Source: Bilabrum cf. latius (lineage: Eukaryota). From it: 64,000 bases of DNA. The notes under the pieces are model-generated. The model saw only the letters and a program-made list of their open reading frames with translations, did not search any database and was not told the origin of the DNA. The stretch covers positions 62,001 to 126,000 of the forward strand of contig OZ237745.1 of assembly GCA_965178125.1 (NCBI GenBank), in the 5' to 3' direction. Below, piece by piece: positions 36,701 to 48,500 of this stretch; the stretch's first letter is position 1; the number at the start of each line of letters is the position of its first letter. Both the position numbers and the translations under genes were made by a program.

Positions 36701-38845
36701 AGCACGCTGAGCTTCCTGGCCCAGCAAGGCGTAGCTCTGGAGGACTCGGAGCGGGAAATGAAGGCGGCACTGGCCGCTCGCCGAGAGGCCCTCCGTCGGG
36801 GGCTTTCCCACCAGGCGGCCGTGGAGATGCTGGAGAACAGGCTGCTTGAGGAACAGGAGAGGAGGAGAAAGGCCGGGGCTGAGGCTGGGCCACGGGCTGG
36901 AGCAGCTACTGGCGGCACAGTCGTTGGGAGCAGCAGCGGGTTTCAGTCTGCGGATCCCTCTGGGCGTGCCACACCCTTGATAAGCAAAGAGGCAGTGCAC
37001 GAGCGCGCCAGGCAGATTTACGAGCACGCGGGCGGCGCTGGCCCGGCACAGGCCTCAGTCTCTGGCACTGCCTACCTGCTGCCTCCCGGGTCCAGGACCA
37101 TCTCGGCGCACACATCGCCGAGCGTGTCCCCCACTAAGGGGGAGGGGGCCGCGGGGGGCCGCAGCCTGCCCCCGGGGATGGGCCCAGGACCTCGCACCGA
37201 GAGCGGTGTGGCGAGTGCGGTGGCGCATTCCCCCACTGGCAGCGTGCCCCCAGTGGCTCGGTACGCGCCCCGGCTCTCTGCAGACGCGCTCAAGCAGATG
37301 GCCACGTTCCGCAAGGTGTCCTCGCAGGCACCCAGCAGGGCCAGCGGGAGCGTAGCACCCCCCTCGTTGCCCCCCACCGTGGGGTTCCCGACGAGGGGGA
37401 GCAGCCGAAGGGGCAGCTTGGGGTACGGCCGCTCGCACTCTAGGTTAGCCCCGGGGCGGCGGGCCAGGTCGAGCGCCAGAGGGCCGGCTGGCTCGAGGAC
37501 GGGGACGGGTGACATGAGGGTCCGGGCCTCGCGCTCCCCTTCGCCTGCAGGGCCGCAGCGGGGGGGCAGGTGGGGTAGCAGGCGCTCCTCCTGGGGAACA
37601 AGCCTGTCGGGTCGACTGGCCCTCGAGGCTGCACCGGGGCTCGGCCGAGGTGTTGGTGGCAGCGCCTCGCGCAGCTCCCGCGCGCAGTCCGACGCGCCCC
37701 CGAGGGTGCACCAGTAGAGGGTGGCACCACCGCCTGCTCCCGACAGTGTGCCCGAGCTGCCCGCCGAGAAGGAGAACGCATCTGAAAACGGGGAGCCTAT
37801 CGAGCGGGGTGCCTGGGGTCAGTCGGCGGCAGAGAATGTGCCCATGTTGCCGGATGAGGAGGATGCCGAGGAGGAGGAGAAAGAGGAAGGTGAAGAGGAG
37901 GCCGGGCCTCGCCTGGCAGTAGAAGGATACTAGGGGCTGGCGGCCACTGCGGCAACAGGCGCATCGTATAGTGGTGTTCCCGCTACTGGAGGTGCAGCAG
38001 GGGCAGGGACAGGGTTTGGGCAGGTCCCCCCCGGGATGGAAGACATGCCTGAGAGCGACAGGAGGGCGGCAGCTGCCATTGCGAGGGCACAGGCGGGGCT
38101 GGGGCGGGGGTCCAAGGCACCGCCGGGCGTAGCAGGGGCGGGCTCTAGCTCAGCCTACGCCGCTTCGCAGGGCCCGTCTGTCTCCGGGCGAAGGCACCGG
38201 CAGAGAAAATCAAAGGCGAGGGCAAGGGCCAGGGAGCTCGGGAGCGACGCCCGGTCCATCGCGGGGTACTCGACCGGGCTGCCGCTGGAGGTGCCTGTCA
38301 CCATGACGGGGCGCAATGCCGGGGAACAAGAGGGACACACGCCAGGCAACGGGCTGCGGAACGCGGTGACGCTGCGGGGAGCCCGTGAGAAAGCCTCTCA
38401 GTTCGGGGGGGCCGCGGGGGGGGACCGGTCCCACGCCGTGTTTGCCTCGCAGATGAGGGAGGGCTTCTACAGGCCCGACGATGCGCTCGAGGAGAGGACG
38501 GGCAGGAGACAGGCACCCGTGCGGGCCCCTGCCGGGTTGGGACCGTCCGACAGGTCGGTACCTTCTGACGCGACGCCGTCGTACGCCTACCGGCATGTCG
38601 CCAGTGAGGCGGGGTCGAGCGTGTACGACCGGCTGACCAACCCCGGGGGGTACACGGGGACGCACAGGCATCGGTTCGGGCGCGACGGGCGCGGCAAGGG
38701 TGTGCGCGGTAGGGATGACACGTCGGTGGACTATTAGTGGGCGGTGCACATGCAGCTCGATGCCGGGGCGCCTGTCCTGGCGGACGGGCTCGGGGGCGGG
38801 GGGGGATACTTGCGCCCGAAGGGCTCCGGCAGGGGCGGGCGGTGA
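33774..38845 (+). CDS. Large protein: N-terminal p25alpha/TPPP-like part, SAM, WW, disordered region, C-terminal partial p25alpha (GxGxGxxGR) motif
   Basis: Exons 33774-33873, 33961-34090, 34183-34250 and 34368-38845. LSFDGFLDALEELS; SAM-like IRSFLWSVGLEHAMGPLREQGI...RARLL; WW WEEFTNGDGYVYYVHLQSGRTQWEHP; VYDRLTNPGGYTGTHRHRFGRDGRGKGVRGRD. 7 in-frame TAGs; TGA at 38843. Confidence 0.75.
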
Positions 38846-39014
38846 GCTTGGGCTCGGTTCGCTAGATCTGCTCCGCGTCATACTGCGCTCATCATTCGCG
38901 GTCTCAATCAATCTGTGCTTTCGCGTTGTCGCGGACGATTCCAAAAACAATTCGGAATCAAAATCGTGCGATCCGCGGGTGGATTTCGGCTCCAGGCACC
39001 GTGCCCCTCTGTAT

Positions 39015-41441
39015 ATGAATGTTATTGACCATGAAGGACAATTTGCATCTTTTTCGTCATCTACAGTGATGCCAGGGGATTGGTCCAAGCAGCATGGCTC
39101 GATCGCCGGCTGCTAGATTGCAGCTCACATAATGAGCACATCAGAAATCGACCGCGCTGTCTCGTGTATTAGTACTATGAAAATTAAGAGCATTGAAATC
39201 CGGTGCCTGTCGACGAAGTCATCGCCAAAGTTGCTCGACAGACTAGTAGGTGGCCTGATTGATAAAGGCATTCAGATCCAGAGACTCAATATTAGCGCTG
39301 TTTTGAACTTATTGGGGAACCCTGGCCATGCAAAACCAATCAGCAGGCTACTGCGTGCAAACAATGCGTCATTACTGCATCTTGTGCTCCACCTCACTAG
39401 TGCAGAGGGCGAGCGTATCGAAGAAAAGTGTGCAGAGACGATTGCAGCGGCAGTTGGTACATGCGAGAGTCTGCGCTCTGTTCAGGGGACGTACTGCAGC
39501 AGGATTGACTAGGAAAGCTCGCACCTGATGATAGCCTTGGGCAATCTCCCGAATCTCGAGACTCTTTTGGCGTTCGATCATGGAGTGCCAGGTCCCGAAT
39601 CGAAGCCGTAGGCAAAGCGCAGCAGTTTCTGGCGGGCGGTGGGTTGCAGCAAATCGATACGGGCAGTTTCAGCCCCATATCCGAGGTGCAATGACGCAGA
39701 AGCCATTCGTGGAGCGTGCAAGGCCATCGCTGCGTCAGCCTCCTTGTGGCACCTCCAGATGGCCCTACCTCCAGACGCGCATCGGGAGGCTGTGGACTGC
39801 TACAGGCACATTGCATGCGAGTTGGAGCTGAATACCAGCCATGCATCTCGCCTTGCATCGATTGTGCTAACGGCGTGTGATTCGGATGTGGAGATTGCCG
39901 GCACGCACTTGCTACAGATGGCCCGGGCTGCGCCTCGACTGCGCCTCCTGCGCGTCCCCGACATGGATGCAAAGGGCCTGGCTGGCCTTGCTCAGCGTCT
40001 TCTTGATGGTTCCTGTCAGCTGGAGGAGCTTCATATTCATCGTGTTCGGGGCAAAACAGATGTATGGGAGCAATTTGGTAAAGCGCTTGCGACCAATCAG
40101 AGCCTGCGACGCTTGGAAATCTCATCGGGCTCCATCAAGAAGATTGGAGTGGAATCGCTCGCAACTGCCCTCCAAACGAATGTTTGCCTGGAAAAACTAA
40201 AGATACCGGTGAGCGGCGTACCGAATCGCAGCATTCTGAAGCTCCTCGCCGCCGTTGGGTACTCCAACGAGACCCTCACGGCCTTGCAGCTTGCGGGCCG
40301 CTTGGACGGCAACTTGGACGATTTGCGGCTCGCACTGGCTCGGGCACTGGAGATGAACGCGTCTCTCACGTACATCTACGCACCTATGCTCTTCGCCTTT
40401 GATTCGCGCTCCAGCACGTGCTGGCATTTGGTGGACGCCGTTGCTGACAGCAGCCTGGTAGAGCTCGAGGGCACTCTTCGGAAATTCGTCTCGGACTGGC
40501 CGGTGCTTGAGACCATCATCCGTTCCAACTGCACGCTGAGAGCGCTGCACTTAACGCATGATTTTTCCGGGCCTAAGAGGGATATCCCGAGCCTGGCCAG
40601 GCTCAAGATGAGGCAGCACGTGCCGAGGTATGCCCCCGGCCTCGCCTCGTGCTGCCCCAAGGATAGCCCCGAGGCTCCTTTCATGCAGCCGGCAACGCGG
40701 CCCCAGTGCGACGAGGTGCTCGGGCGGTGGCTCTAGGAAGTGCCCCAGGCACGACGAGCCGCGTGTATGCTCCGGATGACGGCCCCGTCGTCCAGGGAAC
40801 AAGTCGATCGGGGGCTCTTGCTCGATGTCCCTGCCGTGGCTGCATACGCTACCCGTGCCCTCGAGGCGGCGGTGGTGGTCGAGAGCAGCAGGGAGGGTGT
40901 CATCGTCGCACAGGTACTGCTGGAGGCCGCTCGATTCGGAGCCGAATGTGCGCGGGCCAGGGCGGGGTGTGTGTAGATATATTGCCAGCCTCTGGCAGGC
41001 GAGTTGCCGTACGGGCCCGGGCGTGAGGAGGACAGCAACGCTGCCAGGCGGAGGATGAAAGACGCGCTGCAGTCGTCTGGGCTGCGCAAAAGTGCCACGC
41101 GGATTGTGCGTGGAGCGTCCGGTGGCGTGGGCGGGGTCAAGCGGGGCGGAGTGGTGGTCCGTTGCGTCAAGATGCTCCAGATCTTGGACAGTTGGGCGGC
41201 GGACAGGCTGGTCCGATGGAGGAGGGCCGTGGAGGCCAAGAGGGACGCTGGTATGGTGTTCCAGGCTGCAAGAGATGGTCGTCCGTTGGAGCTGGGGAAG
41301 CGGCTGAGGCTTGGAGTGCTGGCTGGGGGCCTGGATGCGAAGGGGTTGGTGGATGATGGAGCAGGTGGCACGCGGTTGGTGAGTCCATTGGAGGCGGCGA
41401 GGCTGGGTGAGCATGAAGACTGCGTGAAGCTATTGCGGTAA
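39015..41441 (+). CDS. RNI-like leucine-rich repeat protein with C-terminal ankyrin-like repeats
   Basis: LRRs ALATNQSLRRLEIS, LATALQTNVCLEKLKI, NETLTALQL and ALEMNASLTYI. C-terminal VFQAARDG and SPLEAARLGEHEDCVKLL. One frame with TAG at 39114, 39510, ~39609, 40734 and 40974. Ends TAA. Start could be 39015 or 39132. Confidence 0.7.
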
Positions 41442-41496
41442 TGTACCCAGAAGTAACAGAGTGCTGCGCATCATTGCAGGCGAGTACCGAGCACGT

Positions 41497-42382
41497 TCAG
41501 CTGGAAGCCTTTTCCTTGGCCTCTGCCTCTGCCTTGGCCTTCCGCTCCGCCATCCTCTTGGCCATAGAACCGTCTGCGTATCCCTTGTACTGCTCAATGA
41601 AATATTCGGGCTCCTTGGTGCACGCCTTGATGGCCTTGTGGGCATGGCAGGCAGCCGACCATTCGGCCACGCGGGGGAGGCCAGCCGGCAGATCGAAGTC
41701 TCGGTAGGCCTTCAGCACGCCGAGGCGCACGAACCACGGGCACACGAGGATGTCGCCGAAGCTAAGGTCGGCTCCCGCGATGAACGGACCCTCGGGCTCG
41801 CCGGCTGCCTTGCGCCTGGCGTCAGCGGCGAGCAGCTGCTCGTTCATCTTGCCCAAGGTGGCAACCAGACCCTCGCGGGCCGCGTCCTGCTTTTCCTTCT
41901 CTTGTCCCATGAGAAGTCCGTAGTATCCATTGATCACCGACCCAGCGAGCTCTCCAAACATCTCGGATTCCACTGAAGCCACAGGGTTCGAGGGCGTCAA
42001 GGACGGGCGTCCTTCAGCGCGCGCCTTCTGGTCAACGTACCGCGCCACATGTGAAGACTCAGTTATGATATTATCTCCATCCTGAAGTACGGGCACCTTC
42101 CCGTCGCTGCTCTGATCTGCACCGAGCGCTTTCCTGTAGATCTCAGTAAACCACTCTGGCTTGTCCATCAACGAGGTCTCTCTGAGCTTGTAAGGAGTCT
42201 TGGTATAGTTGAGGGCAATGTGCGCCCTTGCCGCGAAAGGACACACGAGGTGGGTGACCAGACTCACTGCAGAAAGGGGTTTGGAAGCGACGGAACGCTT
42301 AGCGACGTGGCACCACAGTGTACCGGATCCATCGCAGTATCACGCGTATATACTCACTTTCGCTGTCTGCTGAAGACGCCAT
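41497..42382 (-). CDS. Cys-type glutathione S-transferase (omega/lambda-like)
   Basis: Exon 1 42382-42358 (MASSADSE), intron 42357-42267, exon 2 42266-41497. Motifs CPFAAR, KPEWF, GKVPVL, ESSHVARYVD and PFIAGADLSFGDILVCPWFVR. Ends TGA. Confidence 0.9.
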
Positions 42383-42553
42383 ACTGCTTAAGTTTCTATT
42401 GAATACTCTGAGACTGGATAACTATCTAGCTGTGCGGGCAACTCGGTGCATACACGAGTGACTGAACGTCGCGCTGTCGATGACGGGGCGCTCCGCAAAC
42501 CGGAAGTCGAGTCGAGCAAACGCAAACAGTGAGTGGCATCAATTTAGTGCAAC

Positions 42554-45500
42554 TTAAAGTCGCCTGCGAGCATCAAGCACTCCTTCGGTGCCTCTACCAA
42601 GCCCCCCTTGCATCATCCTCCCAGCCGCCGCTCCTGCGGACCCACCCGCCGGCACGTCCTCAAACCTCGCCTTGGGCTGCTCCCTGCGCCTCTTCCGCTT
42701 GCCCCCTTTCTTCGGAGCCGGTGTCCTGCCATCGTTGGAAGTGCACTCATCTGCAGTGACATCCTCTCCCTTGACTGCGCCGCCCCTGCCCCTGCCCCTG
42801 CCCCTAGTCCTCACCACGGAGCCACCGGCCGCCGCCGCGTTGGAGGCGACGGGGGCAGGCGCTAGCCCTGCGTCTGGGGCAGCAGGCCGCATCAGGGCGC
42901 CGGACCTCTGCACTTGCTTTGTCGGCGGCTTAGCATGCTGATTCGCTGCCTTGGCCCTGCCCTTGCCCTTGCCCCCTCCGCTGCTCCTGCCCCTGGTCCT
43001 CGTCCTCGTCTTGGCCTTGGCCTTGATCGCACCCGCGGGGGTGTCACCGGCGCGGGCGATGAGCCGCTACCCCTCCACAAAGGCGAGGCGCTGCTGCCGG
43101 CCGCGGCTACGAGGGCCGTGCTGCTTCTCCTTCTCGTTCTCTTTCAACTGCTGCTAATCATCGGGCTCCTTTCCCCTGGCTGGCGCACGCCTGCCCTTGC
43201 CCATACCCTTGCCATTGCCACTGCCCTTGCCCTTGCCCTTGCCTGCAGCCCGCACCTGCAGCCTTCCAAGCGACGACGACTGTAGCGCTGCACAGCCCAC
43301 CGAAGATGAAGCAGAGCCCACTCGGCTGAGCGGAAGCTGGCTCAGGGCGTGACCACTGCCCGTGCTCTTGCCCCTGCCCTTGCCATTGCCCCTGCCCTTG
43401 CCCTTGCTTTGATCCCGTCCCATAATTGCAACACCCTCCCCTGCCTCCTCATCTTCGTCTTCGTCCTCGTCTTCGTCCTCACCGGAATCGCTCATTGCTT
43501 GGTTGGCTCGCCCATTAACCAGGCTGCCGCGGCTCCCATCGTCCTCGAAATCATCCTCATCCTCAACCCTTTCCTCGCACTTGTCTTGCGTGTCCAGTGC
43601 ATGCCCGTCGCCGCCCCTATCCCTGCCCCTGCCTCTTGCGCTGCCTCTCGCCGCCATCACGTCGCTCACCCGCCCAGGCATCGAGCTGGCCAGCGATGAT
43701 GGCACCGCTGCACCATCGTGCAGTGCACCATTCACATCACCATCTCGACCCCCTGTCCCAGTCCCGCTCAACCCGGGCATGCTTTCTTCCATGTCCTGGT
43801 CCTCGATGACGCGGGCCTCGCTGGACTCATCCATCGCACCTCCCCCACTACAGAGCTTCAAACCATCGAGCCCATTGGCCTGGGCCTTGCCCTTGCTCCC
43901 ACTCTCGTTCAAACCCTCGTCCTCCTCCCCGCTCTCGCCACCTTTACCCGTCCTCCGCCGCAGCCTTCCCCTGCCCCTCGTCTTCGGCACGTCCTCGGGG
44001 GATGACACGAACGAGTCTTCCACGGGAGATCGGACCGTCGAACGGGGCCTGGAGGGTGCATCGCACTGCTGGGACGGAACCCTGCCCCTGGATCGCCTCG
44101 CGGGCCCGCTGGAGAGCCGAAGCGACGAAGACACCCTCTTGCGGCCCGCGCGGGCGGGGCGGCTGGAGGGCTTCGCCGCTGTGGGGGCTTGCGAGGATGC
44201 GGAGCTGGCGCTGCTGCTGCTGCGCTGCAGGCCAGACGCATCGACCACATCATCGCCCTGCCTATCGTCATCTTTGTCCCCGTCTTCGTCTAGCATGGGC
44301 GGCTGCGCTGGCAGTCCACCGCGCTCCTGTTCCCTGACCGTACTGTCTATCGCACCACCCACCACCCCACGAACACGGCACTCGTCATGGCGCGCGGCAT
44401 CAGCGACAGAAGGGGCCCCGAAGTCTAGTGCCCGCTAGGTTATGCCGGTGACCGTGGCCGAAGTCTAGTCAGCCCGGGCGGACGACTCGATTCCGGCCCC
44501 GTGCCCATCCACCGCCTGACGGTGCGAGCTCGAGATTCCGCGCCGCGCCGATGCCGCAGCACCAGCACAAGCACCGGTGAGCCGGCGGCCACCGCTGCCG
44601 ATGAGACTGCCTGCATCTGCAGACACATCGCCGTCGAGTAGCGGCTGCCGAATTGCTCCACTGCCGTCCCGCCCTTCACCTCGGATGCTGGACAGCGGAC
44701 CCGGCGTGGCGCTACCAGCGGGCAGATCCCTCCTCATGGAACGGTCGGCGCTAGCTCCACCCGCCACTGACTTCACCCGGGCCAGCGCCCCGCGCGCGGG
44801 CTCGGACACACTGCCTACACCTGTCGAATCAAGCAGGCTGCGCATGCCCGCGCTGGGGCTGGCAGAGCCCACGGCGAGTCGCAGTCGGGCAGGTGCGGGG
44901 GTCTTGGCCGCACCAGCCAGGAAGGGGCTATTGTCATCGTGACCCGCCGCATGGTGACCCGGGTCACGATCACGGCCCTGGGCTTCGTCCATGCTGCCCC
45001 TCCGATGGCCCTCTGTCTCCATCGCGATGGAGGGGGGCGCTGCCGAGGAGGCTCCTGCGGTCCTGAGCAGGTGGGCCCGGCTGGATGCGGGGGCTGGCTT
45101 GCGAGCCGTGCGGGGGACTGCCTTACCATGCATCGCCCCTTGTCCACGTGACTCACGAGTGGGTTCCTTCCTACCCTTCCCAAGCACTGCCTCCCCCCAC
45201 CCGTCCAGGTCGTCGTCCTCTTCTTCGCCCTCGCTCCCCTGCTGCATCTTCATCTGCTACTACTGCTGCTGCTTCTGCCCCGGTCCACCAACGGCGTCAC
45301 CGTGCACCTCATCACAGACCCCCTTGCCCAGCCGCACCGCCGCCTTGGGGTCCCTCGCCCGCACCCTGACGGCCCCCGTCTCTGCCTGGTGCAACAGCGT
45401 CATCACCTCGATCTCGGACTCGGCCAGGTACCTGCTGCTGGCCAGCTGGTCGGCCCTCACTCTCTTGCCAGGGTCGCTGTCCAGCAGGCTTCGCACGATG

Positions 45501-48500
45501 GCTCGCAGGGCCAGGGGCAGGCGCCTCCTCTCCGCCACCCGCTCGAACCGCCTCAGGGTGGAATTGAACGAGTCCGTGGAGCACGTCAGCGCCCGACCGC
45601 TCACCAGCTCGTACATGGTGACTCCCAGCGAGTACATGTCGGCCTGCGCCAGGTCCAGAGTGCCGCCCCCGGCGAAGAAGAGCTCAGGGGCCATGTAGCG
45701 GCTGTCCCCATCGTCTGGGTTCTGCTTGGTGCGTTGCGCCGCCAGGCCCAGATCGCCGAGCTTGTACTGCGGCATGCATGGGAAGTCCCAGTTGCAGTCC
45801 TCGGCGACAGTCGCGAGCTGCTGGGCCTCGCCCTCTTCGCCCTCGTCCCCGGAGGCGCCGGATGAATCCATCGCTGGGGATGGAGCGCACTCGGGGCGCA
45901 CGGGCGCGAGCACCTGCACCAGCTCGGAGCTAGACCCGGAGCTGTTCTGCCCCGCTTGAGCCTCCTCGGCAATCTGCGAGCCCGCCTCGTCGTCGTGTTC
46001 GTCTGAAGTGGCCGCCTGCTCCTGCTGCTACTCGTGCTATCTCTCTCCTTCGTCGCCAAAGCCCAGCCGTACCCCAGTGCCGCCAGCTCCCTGACCCAGC
46101 CACGCAACATCGTCCCGCGATCGTTTGCTCTCCCTCTCTTTCCTAAAGCCCCGCAGCAGCAGCCTCAGCCTCCTCAGCCTGAAGTGTGCATCCGCGCTCG
46201 CCAGCCCCGTCATGTCGGCGCACTCCGGCAGCCACTCGCCCCCCTGGTCGCACATGCCCGACCCAGCGCCGTAGTACACTAGCACGTTGGAGGTCTTGAT
46301 ATCCATGTGCGCAACGCCGCGTCTGTGCATGGCCGCCAGCCCGCGGGCCAGGTGCAGCAGGATCAGGCGGAGGTCGAGAGAGGTGGGCAGCAGCCGCCGG
46401 TGCCTAGACCTTCGGAGTGGTTCGATCTCGATGCGGCCGTCAACGTACACGAGACCGTCGGGCAGCGGGGCCCGGGCCTGGGTATGTTCCTGGGCCTCAG
46501 CTGGCTCATGCACGGGAGCACTGATCCCAGGGGGTGGTGCCGCTCCCCCAGCATCCATCCCTGGCTCCTGTGCCCTGCCGTCATTGCCCGCCCCATCTCC
46601 TAGTCCAATTGATATTCCCGGTGCGTTCTGCGTGCGCGCCTCTCCCTCGTCAGCCTCTTCCATCGCCTGGGTCTCCGCCTGCCTCTGGAACTCACCCGCG
46701 AGTCCCGCGGCCTGGGTCCCTAGAAAGGCAACTTCCTGCGACATGACTGTGCCCACACCGTCCCCTGCATCCCCGTCCTCGTCCTCAGAGCCCGCCTCGC
46801 CTTCCCTCTCTGGAGTGGACAGCATGCCGGGTGGCAGGGGGATCCCGCTATCGCCCTCCTGCATGGCCTCTTGCCCGTTGCCTTCTTCGCTCTAGGAACT
46901 GGGCCGGAGCTGGCCATGCTTGCCCTGGCCCTGGCCCTGGCCCTGGCCCTGATCCTGGCCCTGATCCTGGCCCTGGCCCTGGCCCTGACTGCTGCTGCTG
47001 CCCGATGCCTGCAGCTGCGTGCTCTGCGTGCCAGCCGCATCTTCAGCATCCTGCTCTGCCTCCTGCGACGCAGCGTGGCCATCCGCGCGCTGTTGCTGCG
47101 GATCGGTATCGCTCTGCACCGGCGGTGCAGTCTGGGGCATGGTAGGGCGCTGCGACAGCGTCAGCGTGGACTGCTTGCCCCTGCTCCTCCCGCGGCGCCC
47201 TACAGACCGCGAGCCAAGGGCCAGCCCGGTCGCGTCGATCGAGGACTGTCGCCTCAGCAGCGGGGCTGCAGCTCGCAAGGACTCGGCTGTTTTGGCGTGC
47301 AGTGCACCCAGGCCCGAGGATCGACCCACCACCGACGAGGAAGACGAGGCCGATCCTGGACCCTGGCTGGAACGATTCGAGATAACGCTGCTGGGAGTGG
47401 GCGCGTCCATCTGCACCCCTAGCCCGAGGCCCATCTCGAGGAGCGCACCTCCTCGCTGGGTCAGCGAGGTGCCCGCCGTTGCAGTCGCAGATGGTGCCCT
47501 GCCCCTTGACCTGCCGGATCCTGGCTGCTGGGTAAGAGACATGCCCCTCGAGACAGGCGCATTCTGCCGCTGCTTCTGCGTGCTGGATAGTCTCCTGGCA
47601 CTCTGCACGGCCTGGGACAGTGGGGGCCTGCCGCCCGGTGTGGCGCCCACACCGACAGCGACACCGCTGGTCCCCTCATCGCCCACCTCCACGCGCCTGC
47701 GCTTCGAGGGGCGCCCATGCTGCGATGCACCCGGCAGCACCTTTCCCCTGCTGCGCACCCAGGTCATCAGCGGGCCCTGAGGACGAGAGGAAGAAGAGGA
47801 GGAGGTCGAGTGGTGTGCGCCACCCTGCCGAGAGCCCTCGCCAGAGTACCCAGTCCCTGCCGAGCCGCTGGTCCGACTCCGGCGCAGAAGTACGCCGCCA
47901 CTCGCCGCGCTGCCTCTGGGCAATGGCTGCGCTGCCCATCGGCCTCCATCGGCCTCACCTGCGCGCCTCTGGGCAGAGGCAGAGGCAGGCTGCGGGTTGC
48001 TCGTGCCCCGCCGGGAGGCAGCGCTCAGTTGGGAGGCCCTGACGAGTGCCTTGCCCTCGGTGAGTGACAGCGCCCGCTGCAGCCGGGGACCGCCGCCACC
48101 ATGCAATGCACCCGCACCGGAGGCAGGGGCCAGCTCAGCCGGCGTGTGCGGGTTGGAACCCGACCGGCCCCTGCCCACCGCTGGGATGGAGATGGATACC
48201 GCGGTGTGACGAGCAGCCGACGAAGCCGAGCCGCTTCGGTCCGAGGGCACTCCGGCACTTGGAGGCAGGCCCGAGCGCGACCCAGAGCCCGCGCGCATCG
48301 ACGACTGTGGGCCCTAGAGCGGAGCAGAGGCGAGGCCCTGGCTGCTGCCTCCGCCCTCTTGCCGCGCCTAACCACCGCGGGTCCCTGCAGCGCCCCCCAC
48401 CATGGGGACCCCGCCGTGCGCATAGCTCGAGCCCAGCGGGACCAGCTCGGGCTCTTCCTCGTCACTATCGCCGGAGGTACTGCCGTGCATTGCACCCGGG

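Noticed and set aside
19850-42556. Ciliate-type code (UAA and UAG both Gln)
   Set aside because: No in-frame TAA was found in any gene. TAA sits exactly at the conserved TrxR C-terminus (19850) and ends two other genes (41439, 42554).
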